A DNA stretch of 64,000 nt from Candidatus Nanopelagicales bacterium (lineage in GTDB: Bacteria > Actinomycetota > Actinomycetes > S36-B12): NCBI GenBank assembly GCA_040266055.1, contig JBDQFC010000010.1, positions 1,486 through 65,485 of the forward strand, in the 5' to 3' direction. Below the pieces are notes generated by a model. It was not told the origin of the DNA. It ran no database searches and saw nothing but the letters and a program-made list of their open reading frames with translations. Position numbers and translations under genes: made by a program. Shown here in pieces: positions 34,371-44,571 of this stretch (within the stretch, counting starts at the first letter, position 1; each line of letters starts with the position of its first letter).

Positions 34371-37235
34371 TCAGTTTCCGCGAATGGATGCCACGACACC
34401 AGGCAGGTCATCGGCCTTTACCAAAACCTCACGTGCCTTCGATCCCTCACTCGGACCCACGACCCCACGCGATTCCATCAGGTCCATGAGTCGACCCGCC
34501 TTGGCGAAGCCCACCCGGAGCTTGCGCTGCAGCATGGAAGTTGAACCGAACTGGGTACCCACCACGAGCTCCACCGCCTGAAGCAACACGTCGAGATCAT
34601 CTCCGATGTCCTCGTCAATTTCCTTCTTCGCGGCCGCGGGTGACGTCACTTCTGCCAGGTAGCGAGCCTCGGTCTGGTCCTTGCAGTGCGAAACGATGCC
34701 TCGGATCTCCTTCTCGGCAACGAACGCTCCTTGAATTCGAACCGCCTTACTCGCACCCATGGGCAAGAACAGGCCGTCGCCTTGACCCACCAGCTTCTCG
34801 GCACCCGGTTGATCCAAAATGACCCGCGAATCGGCCAGGCTCGACGTTGCAAAAGCCAACCGCGAGGGCACATTTGCCTTGATCAGGCCAGTGACCACAT
34901 CCACACTCGGCCGCTGCGTTGCCAAAACCAGGTGGATGCCTGCCGCGCGAGCCAACTGCGTGATCCGCACGATTGCATCCTCCACGTCGCGCGGAGCCAC
35001 CATCATCAGGTCTGCAAGTTCGTCCACGATCACCAACAGATAGGGGTACGGACGCAAGACCCGCTGGCTGCCAGCCGGTGGCTTGACTTTGCCGGCTCGG
35101 ACCGCTGCGTTGAAGTCATCCACGTGCCGGAAGCCAAAGTGGGCGAGGTCGTCGTACCTCTTGTCCATTTCTGCCACTACCCACTGCAGGGCGTCGGCGG
35201 CCTTCTTCGGGTTTGTGATGATCGGGGTGATCAAGTGGGGAACACCCTCATAGATGCTCAGCTCCACGCGTTTGGGGTCGACAAGGATCATGCGAACCTC
35301 ATCCGGCGTCGATCGCATCAAGATCGATGTGATCAACGAATTAATACAACTTGACTTACCGGCTCCTGTCGCACCGGCCACGAGGATGTGGGGCATCTTC
35401 GCCAGATTTGCCACCACGAATTCGCCTTCGACGTCCTTGCCCAGCGCCACGACCATCGGATGCTGATCAGCTGCTGCCGATGAGCTGCGCAACACATCAC
35501 CCACGGCGACGAGTTCGCGGTCGGTGTTGGGGATCTCGATACCGATCGCCTTCTTGCCCGGAATCGGGCTCAGGATGCGAACGTCGGCGCTGGCCACGGC
35601 GTAAGCGATGTTCTTGCTCAAGGCGGTGACCCGCTCGACCTTGACACTCGGACCGAGCTCAATCTCATAACGCGTGACCGTCGGCCCACGCAGGAAGCCC
35701 GATACCTCAGCGTCGATTCCAAACTGCTCAAGAACTTCGCGCAGCGCTTTGACCACTTGGTCGTTCGCCGGCGTCGACTTCTTGTGACCGGCACCTGCCT
35801 TCAACAGTTCGGCCTTAGGCAGTCGGTATCGACCCGACTCCATAACCGGCATCTGCGTCGGTGAGCCCTCCGGGGCAGTATTGATGGACGGCTCAGAGGC
35901 CACCGGATCCACGGTCTCGGGGCTCCCAGAGGCCACCGCAGGAATGGTGACGGTGTCGTCACCCGCACCGGAGAAATCGACCTCGACCACAGGAGCGATC
36001 GCCTGCGTGTCGTCATCTGGACCGGCAATGAGCGCGATCACGTCGGTATCGGCCTCTGCAACGCGAGTGGCTCCGGGCAGGTCATCTGCGTCACTGGATG
36101 ACACCGGGACGAACAACCCAGCCGCTGGCCGTTCTTCACTAACGATGTCCCCGGGCAGGGGTGTAGCAAAGGGTTCGTCGCCCGCAAGCGGGGTGTCACG
36201 CAGGACTTCGGCATCGCTGAGATCGCGCACGGCAGCCGACACCGGCTCATCCATCAGATCCTGGCCATGACCGGGTAGTTCGAGTTCGGTGACGTCGTCG
36301 TCCTCAATGGACTCAGCGTTACGTGATGCGTCATCCGCGGAATCCAACTCGCGCGGATCCGGTGGAACGAGAAGCGAGGCCGCACCGCGCATTGAGCGCC
36401 ACCAAGACACCACATAGCCGCGCAGCGCCTGGACGGACGTGCCCGTGACGACCAGCAAGCCAAAGCACAAAAGGATGCCCAGCACGATCCCACTGACGAT
36501 CGGACCCACGGCGGCAACAATCGGAGCGGTCGCGATCCAACCGACTACTCCCCCGGCGGAATTCATCGCCTCGGCGCCATCGGAAGGCGTGGGTGCGGTC
36601 CGGGTCAGATGCCAGATGCCGACTATCCCGACGATCACGGCCGCAGTGCCGATCACCAAACGGCCAGTCGTTGCGTTTTGATCGGGGTGGCGCAGAAAAC
36701 GCCATGACAAAGCCAAAAGACACAGCGGGGCAATCCAGGCGAGCGCGCCGAAGATAGCCGTTGCAATCGCACCAGCCCACGCGATGAACCAACCTTCGAC
36801 GCTGAACCAGGTAGCAGCCGCAACGACGACTGCGCCGGCGATCAGGCCGAGCCCTAGTCCGTCACGTCGATGCTCAGGATCCAGATCTCGCGCGCCACGA
36901 CCAATTCCTCGGGCGATGGTCCCGGCCAGGTGTGCCATCGCGACCCAAATCGATCGAATACCCCGACCGATCGCCATGATCGCCCGGACGAAAATTCCAT
37001 GCGACGGGGCCTTGGCAGGTCGCCGGCCTGCCGACTTTCGAGGCTTGCTCGTCTTGCGAGACGGTGCGGATTGACCCCCCGACGCTGATCGACGAGACGA
37101 ATTCGTGCCAGATGATCGGCTCGCCGGCCGACTCGAGGACCGACTCGAACTGCGTGCAGGGGTACGGGAACGGGAAGAGCCGCTTGCCGAGCGCGCACGG
37201 GACGTACGTGGGGAAGCGGACGTACGAGACGCCAT
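34371..37235 (-). CDS. ftsK: DNA translocase FtsK
   Basis: S/R-rich N-terminus, 4 TM helices, a P/A/D-rich linker, an ATPase core with Walker A GATGAGKS, and a C-terminal gamma domain (LLQAVELVVGTQFGSTSMLQRKLRVGFAKAGRLMD). Confidence 0.95.
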   Translation of the reverse strand: MASRTSASPRTSRARSASGSSRSRTPARSSSRSSSRPASRSSGTNSSRRSASGGQSAPSRKTSKPRKSAGRRPAKAPSHGIFVRAIMAIGRGIRSIWVAMAHLAGTIARGIGRGARDLDPEHRRDGLGLGLIAGAVVVAAATWFSVEGWFIAWAGAIATAIFGALAWIAPLCLLALSWRFLRHPDQNATTGRLVIGTAAVIVGIVGIWHLTRTAPTPSDGAEAMNSAGGVVGWIATAPIVAAVGPIVSGIVLGILLCFGLLVVTGTSVQALRGYVVSWWRSMRGAASLLVPPDPRELDSADDASRNAESIEDDDVTELELPGHGQDLMDEPVSAAVRDLSDAEVLRDTPLAGDEPFATPLPGDIVSEERPAAGLFVPVSSSDADDLPGATRVAEADTDVIALIAGPDDDTQAIAPVVEVDFSGAGDDTVTIPAVASGSPETVDPVASEPSINTAPEGSPTQMPVMESGRYRLPKAELLKAGAGHKKSTPANDQVVKALREVLEQFGIDAEVSGFLRGPTVTRYEIELGPSVKVERVTALSKNIAYAVASADVRILSPIPGKKAIGIEIPNTDRELVAVGDVLRSSSAAADQHPMVVALGKDVEGEFVVANLAKMPHILVAGATGAGKSSCINSLITSILMRSTPDEVRMILVDPKRVELSIYEGVPHLITPIITNPKKAADALQWVVAEMDKRYDDLAHFGFRHVDDFNAAVRAGKVKPPAGSQRVLRPYPYLLVIVDELADLMMVAPRDVEDAIVRITQLARAAGIHLVLATQRPSVDVVTGLIKANVPSRLAFATSSLADSRVILDQPGAEKLVGQGDGLFLPMGASKAVRIQGAFVAEKEIRGIVSHCKDQTEARYLAEVTSPAAAKKEIDEDIGDDLDVLLQAVELVVGTQFGSTSMLQRKLRVGFAKAGRLMDLMESRGVVGPSEGSKAREVLVKADDLPGVVASIRGN

Positions 37236-37424
37236 AGCGGTGAGGCTAGCGGGGAAAACCCCTTAATCTCGGTAGTCACACGCGCAACACGCGCCCCATC
37301 CGATGCCGCCCTGCTCCCTGTTGTGGCCTCACTTACGGGCATAAACAAGCTGAGAGCGGCGCCCAAGGCTGACGCCACAACAAGGAGAAGAGCCTTCGAG
37401 CCAGGCTGCGAGTCAGGCTGCGGG

Positions 37425-39116
37425 TCAGGCTTCGACGATGACGGGAACGATCATCGGCCGGCGGCGATGGGTGGCGTTCACCCAGCGGCCCACCACCCGA
37501 CGCATCCGCTGCTGGAGGTCGTGCGGGTCTTCGATCCCATCTGCCAGCGCCTGCTCGAGCGCCTCGCGCACCTTCGCTGTGACGTCCTCGACACCGCCAC
37601 CTCCGGCCAGCACCTCCTCACCGAATCCGCGCTCGTGGATTTCCGGACCGGCCACCACAGTGCCGGCCACGATGTCCACCACGGCAACGATCGAGATGAA
37701 GCCTTCCTCGCCCAGCACCCGACGATCCTTCAGCGACGCCTCGGTGAGGTCTCCGATGCTCGAGCCGTCGACGTAGACGAACCCGACCGGGGTGTAGCCA
37801 CTGATCACAGCGCGGTGCTCATCGAGGTCGACCGAGACGCCGTCGTCTACGAGCAGGATCCGCCGCGGGTCGATTCCTACGCTCTCAGCGACCTTCGCGT
37901 TGGCCACAAGATGGCGCCACTCACCATGCACCGGCAACACGTAGCGCGGCTTGACCAGGTTGTAGACGAAGCGCAATTCGCCGGCCGACGCGTGACCAGA
38001 CACGTGCACCAGCGCATTGCCTTTGTGGACCACAGCGGCGCCAAGGCGGGTTAGTCCGTTGATCACTCGGTTAACCGCTGTCTCGTTTCCAGGAATCAAC
38101 GACGACGCCAGCACCACAGTGTCGGACGGTCCGACGGAGATGGCGTGATCGCGATTGGCAATGCGTGAGAGCACCGCCATCGGTTCGCCTTGGGATCCGG
38201 TACATATCAACACGGCCTTGTCGTCCGGAAGTTTGGCGAGGTCATCCGCCGATACGAGTGTGCCCTCGGGAATTGTCAAAAATCCAAGGTCGCGTGCGAT
38301 GTGCATGTTACGCACCATCGAACGCCCGACGAAGGCGATCTTGCGGCCATGGGAAGTCGCCATGTCAATGATCTGTTGAATTCGATGCACGTGAGAGGCG
38401 AACGAGGCAACGATGACCCGACCCTGGGCCTTGGCAAAGACGTTGTCCAGCACGGGCATGATGTCGCGCTCGCTTGGGATGAATCCGGGAACCTCCGCGT
38501 TGGTCGAGTCGATCATCAAGATGTCGACGCCGTCATCACCGAGGCGCGCAAAGCTATTGAGGTCGGTCACCCGTCCATCGAGCGGCAATTGATCCACTTT
38601 GAAGTCACCGGTGTGTAGGACTCGGCCGGCCGGCGTGGTGATAGCGACCGCCATGGCATCGGGAATGGAGTGATTGACGGCCAGGAACTCCACACCAAAC
38701 GGCCCGATCTGGACTTTCTCACCATCGCTGACCCCACGAAGGTCGGGAGAAAGCCGGTGTTCGGTGGCCTTTGCTCGTAAGAACGCAAGCGTCAAGGTGC
38801 TGCCGTAAACAGGGATGTCCGGACGCATGCGAAGCAAGTACGGAACCGCACCAATGTGATCCTCATGGCCGTGGGTCAAGACGATGGCGGCGATATCGTC
38901 CATACGGTCGGCAATCGGAGCGAAATCCGGCAGGATCAAATCCACACCCGGCTGGGATTCCTCCGGGAACAACACACCGCAGTCCACAATGACCAGCGAG
39001 CCTTCGTACTCAAAGACGGCCATGTTGCGACCAATTTCACCCAGTCCACCGATGGGCAGAATCCTCAGGGCACCCGGCTCGAGTGCTGCCGGTTCGGGGA
39101 TGTTCTCGTGGTGCAC
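37425..39116 (-). CDS. rnj: Ribonuclease J
   Basis: Metallo-beta-lactamase motif HGHEDHIG, a beta-CASP domain and the RNase J C-terminal domain. 563 aa. Confidence 0.95.
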   Translation of the reverse strand: MHHENIPEPAALEPGALRILPIGGLGEIGRNMAVFEYEGSLVIVDCGVLFPEESQPGVDLILPDFAPIADRMDDIAAIVLTHGHEDHIGAVPYLLRMRPDIPVYGSTLTLAFLRAKATEHRLSPDLRGVSDGEKVQIGPFGVEFLAVNHSIPDAMAVAITTPAGRVLHTGDFKVDQLPLDGRVTDLNSFARLGDDGVDILMIDSTNAEVPGFIPSERDIMPVLDNVFAKAQGRVIVASFASHVHRIQQIIDMATSHGRKIAFVGRSMVRNMHIARDLGFLTIPEGTLVSADDLAKLPDDKAVLICTGSQGEPMAVLSRIANRDHAISVGPSDTVVLASSLIPGNETAVNRVINGLTRLGAAVVHKGNALVHVSGHASAGELRFVYNLVKPRYVLPVHGEWRHLVANAKVAESVGIDPRRILLVDDGVSVDLDEHRAVISGYTPVGFVYVDGSSIGDLTEASLKDRRVLGEEGFISIVAVVDIVAGTVVAGPEIHERGFGEEVLAGGGGVEDVTAKVREALEQALADGIEDPHDLQQRMRRVVGRWVNATHRRRPMIVPVIVEA

Positions 39117-39118
39117 AG

Positions 39119-40027
39119 CTACGCGCCGATACCTCGCACACCGGCGAGGTCGATGCGCAACTGCTCTTCTTGGTCTGCGGTCGCGTCAATCAATGGCAAG
39201 CGAAGCCCACCGGCCGGCAGGCCCTGCATGCGCAAAGCTGCCTTGGTCAAGATCACGCCTTGGGTGCGGAACATACCGGTGTACACGGGCAGTAGCTCCG
39301 CGTTGATCTCACGGGCACGGGTGACGTTGCCGTCGGCCAACGCCAGCGCCATCTCCTTGAGCCGATCCCCGACCACGTGCCCGACCACCGAGATCATTCC
39401 CGAAGCTCCGAGCATGAGCATCGGCAGATTCAAGATGTCGTCGCCGCAATACCACCCGATGTCGGTGCGGGCCATCGCCCACTGGGTGGCCTCAAGATCA
39501 CCCTTCGCGTCCTTGTTCGCAACTACCCGCGGGTGCTCGGCGATTCGAACGAGCGTTTCGGTCTCGATGGCGACTCCGGTTCGCTTAGGGATGTCGTACG
39601 TCAGCAGTGGCAGATCTGTGGCGTCGGCGATGGCGTGGAAGTGCGCGATCAGACCTTCTTGCGGAGGACGGTTGTAGTACGGCGCAACCGCCATGACACC
39701 GTGCGCGCCAGCGGCCTGCGCCGCCTGGGCGCTAAGGATCGAGTGTGCGGTGTCATTGGTGCCCACGCCCGCCACGATGCACGCACGATCACCTACGGCT
39801 TCAACTACGGCCGCGACCAGGTCACGATCCTCGGCGTCTGTCTTGGTGGCCGACTCCCCGGTGGTGCCGTTCACGACCAGGCCATCGTGCCCGAGTTGAT
39901 CGACGAGGTGCGTGGCGAGAACCTGCGCACCGTCAAGATCTTGGCTGCCGTCCTTAGCGAACGGCGTGATCATCGCCGTGAGCATCACGCCGAACGGCGT
40001 GGGACGTGTTGTTGCGTGCTCGGACAT
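39119..40027 (-). CDS. dapA: 4-hydroxy-tetrahydrodipicolinate synthase
   Basis: GVVVNGTTGES-type motif (LVVNGTTGES) and the catalytic Lys region. 302 aa. 2 nt upstream of rnj. Confidence 0.95.
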   Translation of the reverse strand: MSEHATTRPTPFGVMLTAMITPFAKDGSQDLDGAQVLATHLVDQLGHDGLVVNGTTGESATKTDAEDRDLVAAVVEAVGDRACIVAGVGTNDTAHSILSAQAAQAAGAHGVMAVAPYYNRPPQEGLIAHFHAIADATDLPLLTYDIPKRTGVAIETETLVRIAEHPRVVANKDAKGDLEATQWAMARTDIGWYCGDDILNLPMLMLGASGMISVVGHVVGDRLKEMALALADGNVTRAREINAELLPVYTGMFRTQGVILTKAALRMQGLPAGGLRLPLIDATADQEEQLRIDLAGVRGIGA

Positions 40028-40054
40028 GCCCTACAGGCTATCGGCAGGCACCCC

Positions 40055-40870
40055 TTACGGGGCGACGCGTCCCGATGACACGAACGCCTCGTAGGTGATC
40101 GGCATCAACTGGGCAAAGTGCTGCTCGTAGGCCTCAGCAACCATCTCGATCTCCCGCTGCGGATAGCTCGGATACGCCGAGTCCTCACTCTTGGTCCGCA
40201 AGGACAGGAAGTTCATGAGGGCGCGGGCGTTCATGGTGACGTAAGCAGAGGAATAGATCGTCACGGGCAGCACCATGCGCGCAACCTCGCGGGCGACACC
40301 GGCGTCCAGCATCCGCTTGTACTCCGCGTATGCCACTGCGCACGAGTTGCGCACTGCCGAGTCGATCAACGCGTACTGCTCGGGGCTTCCAGGATGGAAC
40401 TCGTAGGCACCAGGCTTACCTGCCTGAACCACGGCCCGGGACTCATCGGGGACGTAGAAGACCGGACGCAGTTCCCGATATCGACCCGATTCCTCGTTGT
40501 AGCTCGCGATGCGGTGACGCATGTGCTCACGCCACACAAAGATCGGTGCTTGCACGAAGAACGTCATTGAGTTGTGCTCGAAGGGGCTCCCGTGCCGCTC
40601 ACGCATCAGATACCGGATGAGCCCGGTGGATCTTTCAGCGTCCGCGTTCACGTCTTCAACGCTGGATTCCCCAACGGTCGACACGCGCGCGGCAAAGACA
40701 ACGTCAGCATCCTGCGCACTAGATCGCACGAGTTCGACCGTCACGTCGCTGCGGAACTGGATTTCGTCGGCGGCGTCATCGGCAACCGCGACAGGCTCAA
40801 CAGACTCAGGGAGGCTCACCACGACTGGAACCCTACCCGCGAGAGACTGGTCCGATGAATGATCACACAC
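40055..40870 (-). CDS. thyX: FAD-dependent thymidylate synthase ThyX
   Basis: ThyX motif RHRIASYNEESGRY. The true start may be a GTG near 40822, since the ORF-track start overlaps the divergent GNAT start. Confidence 0.92.
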   Translation of the reverse strand: MCDHSSDQSLAGRVPVVVSLPESVEPVAVADDAADEIQFRSDVTVELVRSSAQDADVVFAARVSTVGESSVEDVNADAERSTGLIRYLMRERHGSPFEHNSMTFFVQAPIFVWREHMRHRIASYNEESGRYRELRPVFYVPDESRAVVQAGKPGAYEFHPGSPEQYALIDSAVRNSCAVAYAEYKRMLDAGVAREVARMVLPVTIYSSAYVTMNARALMNFLSLRTKSEDSAYPSYPQREIEMVAEAYEQHFAQLMPITYEAFVSSGRVAP

Positions 40871-41409
40871 CGACTGGCGAGCCCGGATTCGTGCGCGACG
40901 CGACCGCCGCCGATGCTGGTTCGATCGCCGCCATCCAACGCACGTGCTGGCGCCACGATCACAAGTGGCCGGAGTCGGTGTTCGATGCCCTCGCCGCTAG
41001 CGATCCCGAACTCCAGTGGGCCAGAGCGGTCATCGCGCCACCTGGGCCCGGCTACCGACTACTCGTAGCCACGGAGGGCATTCCAAGTGACGCCGAGGTA
41101 ATGGGGTTTGCCGCACTCGCCCCATCGGCCGATGCCGATGCACTGGGCACCGACGCGGAGATCATCGCGTGGGAGGTCCGACCAGACGCGCGCGACCGTG
41201 GTCATGGGAGCCGCTTGCTCACCGCGCTCGCTGACCACGCACGCTCCGTTGGAGCCCATGCACTGTCAATCTGGATCGAACCGAGCGATGACCACCGCCA
41301 GCATGTATTGCGAACCTCGGGATTTGGCCCCGACGGTGCACACCGTGAGGTTGCCCCGGACGATGAAACGGTCCCCGTGACCCAGGTTCGGCTGCAGGCG
41401 ACCCTGTAG
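40855..41409 (+). CDS. GNAT-family N-acetyltransferase
   Basis: Acetyl-CoA motif A: VRPDARDRGHGSRLLTALADHA. 184 aa. Confidence 0.75.
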   Translation: MNDHTPTGEPGFVRDATAADAGSIAAIQRTCWRHDHKWPESVFDALAASDPELQWARAVIAPPGPGYRLLVATEGIPSDAEVMGFAALAPSADADALGTDAEIIAWEVRPDARDRGHGSRLLTALADHARSVGAHALSIWIEPSDDHRQHVLRTSGFGPDGAHREVAPDDETVPVTQVRLQATL

Positions 41410-41435
41410 CGATCGAGCCAACGACCGGCTCGGAC

Positions 41436-41478
41436 AAAAAATTTGCCGGCGACTCCCCCGCAGCCGCCGCCGGTTCAA
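41436..41478. terminator. Candidate bidirectional terminator between the convergent GNAT and response-regulator genes
   Basis: Hairpin CCGGCG-16 nt-CGCCGG (41446-41473), flanked by AAAAAATTTG on one side and TTCAATATT on the other. The stem is short, so this call is weak. Confidence 0.4.
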
Positions 41479-41618
41479 TATTCACCGAATGCAGCAAACA
41501 TTTCCACGAGAACGCGTCCCCAATTAGGGGGACATGGGGGCGAAAAACAGGACATAACCAGTACAAGCCAGCGTCCTGCCGCCGGCACTACTGCTCCTGA
41601 GTCTGGACCGGTATGTGG

Positions 41619-42302
41619 CTAGGGACTCGGCAGTTCGTCGAGGATGCCGTCGGAACGAGCAGCGGCGTACAACTCGGTCCGCGTTCGAGCCGACCGGCCA
41701 ACCGCTGCGTATTTCGCACGTACGCGGTCCAAGTACTCCTTGGCCGTGTGCGGAGAAATATCCAACTTTCGTGCCACGGCCGTCATAGACAGTCCGGATG
41801 CGTATAGCCGGAGTGCCTCGGACTCCCGTGGACTGAGATCGGGTGCCTCGACAGCGCCCGCCAAAATCGCGGCAAGTTCAACCGAGAGGTACAGCTCATC
41901 TTCGGCAACCGTCTCTAGCGCTTCGACCAAGGTCTCTAGCGACACGCGCTTGGTCACGAAGCCTAAGGCCCCGGCCTCTAAACCGGCTTTGATGCTTCGA
42001 GCATCGTCGAAGGCGCTGACCATCAGTACCGAAATTCCAGCATCGCAGAGTTGACGAACATTCACGTCGACCGCCGCCGACGTCGGCCCGAGGTCCACAT
42101 CCAACAGAGCCACCGCCGGGTTCGTCTCTCGACATGCCTCAACCTCCGCGCCGCAGTACACGACGCGCGCAGCACGGTCCCCGATGGTCGCATTTTCCAA
42201 CAAAGAAGCCAGACCCTGGCGAACCAGCTCGTGATCGTCGACCACAGCAACGGTCACCCACGCCTTCGGAATCGATGCCGGTTCAGGTGACGTGTGATCC
42301 AT
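41619..42302 (-). CDS. NarL/LuxR-family response regulator
   Basis: REC domain (VAVVDDHELVRQGL...ALLDVDLGP) plus a LuxR HTH (LSPRESEALRLYASGLSMTAVARKLDISPHTAKEYL). Start re-chosen at MDHTSPE (42302). Confidence 0.9.
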   Translation of the reverse strand: MDHTSPEPASIPKAWVTVAVVDDHELVRQGLASLLENATIGDRAARVVYCGAEVEACRETNPAVALLDVDLGPTSAAVDVNVRQLCDAGISVLMVSAFDDARSIKAGLEAGALGFVTKRVSLETLVEALETVAEDELYLSVELAAILAGAVEAPDLSPRESEALRLYASGLSMTAVARKLDISPHTAKEYLDRVRAKYAAVGRSARTRTELYAAARSDGILDELPSP

Positions 42303-44571
42303 GCCCTGATGGTGTCCTATGGCGCCGTGATACGCGAGACGAATCCGTCCACTGCTCCTCAATAGAGACGATTCCTTGAACGTCGTCGACGATCTCGCCG
42401 ATCGACGCAACCTCGACGAGTCGATCTAGGGGCACCTGAACCACGAATGTAAAGCTGACATCGGAGCCATGGCGCGTGAGCGTGGCCCGCGCGCTAGATC
42501 CCGGCCTCGCCATGCCAATCAGCCTCTGGGCTCTGTGCGATGCCTCCAGATCCCGATCGACGCTCACCTCATCGGTCGCAACAATGTTCAGCTCCACTCC
42601 ACGATCGCGAGCACACACAGCGAGCCGAACAAGGTCTAGGTGAGTGGGCAGGCGCTCAGGGTGTAAACGCATCACCGAGCGAATCATCCGTTCCTCCCGC
42701 CGACACACCTCCTGAACTGCTCGGTCTCGAGGGTCCACCGTTCCTTGCGCAATCGCATCAAGCACGCTGATTACGCCGGATGTGTCTACGTCGGCGTAGC
42801 GGCGCCGCGCATTTGCTACTCGCTCTCGGGCAGCGGCCAACGCCACTCGCTCAAGTCCGGCCTCGCTGCGCGCTGACCGGATATTCGCCTGGCCGCGTCG
42901 CAACTGCCAGCCCATGAACATCGCCACGATGATCACGACAGTTCCCGGCTGCAGTAGTTCGATGATCTGGGAATCCTGGGCGATAAACCAACTGATCACA
43001 GCCAGAGGCCCTACCCACGCCGAACCCGTCGCGACGACTACGAAAAGAAATGCTGCTCCTAGTTCAGAGGACCAATCACCCGTTGGATTTGGAATCGCCT
43101 GAGCTTGGGCCTCTATTTGCGTCATCAGCGGGACTGCGATCAACGTCACGGCACTTGCCCACGGTGGCATCTGGCTAAAACGACCCGACCAGGTGACAAA
43201 AACCAACATGGATGCCACACCCATGAAAATCATCAACGCGACGACATTCGGTAGTGGCTCGACAACGAAACGTGCTGTGGCGATGACGGAGTACAAGGTG
43301 AACAAGGTGAACGCCGTCACCATGGGGCGCCCGACAGACTCTAGCGGCGGGCTAGCTTCCTTGACGTGTTTCGAGGCGGCTCCTGCCAAAGGAGCAACGA
43401 GCGTCACGCGTGTTCCGTTGCGTCTATTCGTGCGAATCGCCGATCGACCACCGACGGCACCGATTCGCTCACCGATGATTGATCGCAACCCAAAGCCCGG
43501 CGGTGAGTTTCCTATTCCACGACCGTTGTCTGACACCTCTACTTTCCATGCGTCCGATTCGGCCGCCGACAGCACCTCGCCGCGAACGGTCACTGACTTG
43601 GCTTGCGAGTGTCGAAGCACGTTGATCAAGGCTTCGCGTACGGCACTTCCCAATCCAGCAAGAACCTCCGATCGGACATTTTCGCCGAAGGTTTCTACAT
43701 CCAGAACTCCATCCAGGTGCACCGCGATTCCGGCGTTCTCGAGATCAACGATGGCCCCTGCAAGGTCCACGCGCAGGTCCCCGGTCCACGTATCGGTTCC
43801 GACGGCACCGTCGGCGATCATTCTAAGAACCTCGGCGGACTCCGCGGCCCGTTCTCGGAGTCGAGCAGAGGTAGCCTCATCCTCGCCGAAGCCGCCTCGT
43901 TCGATCGCGGTCAAGGTGTTCAGCACCGTCTCGTGCAGTCGTGTCTCGGCCGCACCGATGGAAGCATCCATGAATTCGCTCGTTGCTCTGGCCTGCTGCT
44001 GCCGCTCGAGCTCCGAGGCCGATGCGTCTTGGGCTCGAGCCGATCTGATCAGACCATGGCGCGCGCCCACGCAGGCCAGACCAAGGGCTAGGGCATAGAA
44101 GGGATAGATGAGCGCGACGAGGAGATCCTGGTCGTTTCCGCTAGAGGAGTGGACGAAGATCACGATCGCGATCTCCACAATGACAATGAGGCCTACCGTG
44201 ACCAAACCCCAGCGCCGAGACATGGAAACACCGGCAAGTCCCGCGGCCAGGTTGAGCACGGACGCTCCGACGTACCAGCCGTCGGCTCCCGCAACAGTTT
44301 CAGCGAGTTGATACAAACCAGCCGCAGCGAGAATGACCATCGCGGCCACCTGAAGACCCCGCGCAACATCGAGATTCCTCCGCGGTCCGAACAAGGCGAT
44401 CAGGACACCAAGCCACACGGCCACCGACACCAAGATCAGAAGAATTCCCGGATCGGAGAGATCCCCGGCGAAAGATGATCGGAGTGTGGGGTCACCGAGC
44501 AACCACAGCACTTGCCACACGACACCGAAGACCACCAAGCCACGGACCGTGGCCACCATTCGCAGGTTCAC
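42283..44571 (-). CDS. Atypical membrane sensor histidine kinase (HisKA_3-type) with a second TM block and a degenerate kinase-like C-terminal half
   Basis: 762 aa. About 6 TM helices, H-box RLHETVLNTL, N-box EALINVLRHS, G1 DNGRGIG and G2 GFGLRSI. These are followed by about 5 more TM helices and a roughly 200-aa soluble region lacking ATP-binding boxes. The GTG start overlaps the upstream gene's stop (GTGA). Confidence 0.85.
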   Translation of the reverse strand: MNLRMVATVRGLVVFGVVWQVLWLLGDPTLRSSFAGDLSDPGILLILVSVAVWLGVLIALFGPRRNLDVARGLQVAAMVILAAAGLYQLAETVAGADGWYVGASVLNLAAGLAGVSMSRRWGLVTVGLIVIVEIAIVIFVHSSSGNDQDLLVALIYPFYALALGLACVGARHGLIRSARAQDASASELERQQQARATSEFMDASIGAAETRLHETVLNTLTAIERGGFGEDEATSARLRERAAESAEVLRMIADGAVGTDTWTGDLRVDLAGAIVDLENAGIAVHLDGVLDVETFGENVRSEVLAGLGSAVREALINVLRHSQAKSVTVRGEVLSAAESDAWKVEVSDNGRGIGNSPPGFGLRSIIGERIGAVGGRSAIRTNRRNGTRVTLVAPLAGAASKHVKEASPPLESVGRPMVTAFTLFTLYSVIATARFVVEPLPNVVALMIFMGVASMLVFVTWSGRFSQMPPWASAVTLIAVPLMTQIEAQAQAIPNPTGDWSSELGAAFLFVVVATGSAWVGPLAVISWFIAQDSQIIELLQPGTVVIIVAMFMGWQLRRGQANIRSARSEAGLERVALAAARERVANARRRYADVDTSGVISVLDAIAQGTVDPRDRAVQEVCRREERMIRSVMRLHPERLPTHLDLVRLAVCARDRGVELNIVATDEVSVDRDLEASHRAQRLIGMARPGSSARATLTRHGSDVSFTFVVQVPLDRLVEVASIGEIVDDVQGIVSIEEQWTDSSRVSRRHRTPSGHGSHVT

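Noticed and set aside
37401-37434. Three direct copies of (T)CAGGCTGCG at the rnj stop / ftsK upstream region
   Set aside because: Short and imperfect, and the last copy is part of the rnj coding end. It is most simply explained as local slippage, with no palindromic or phased structure beyond that.
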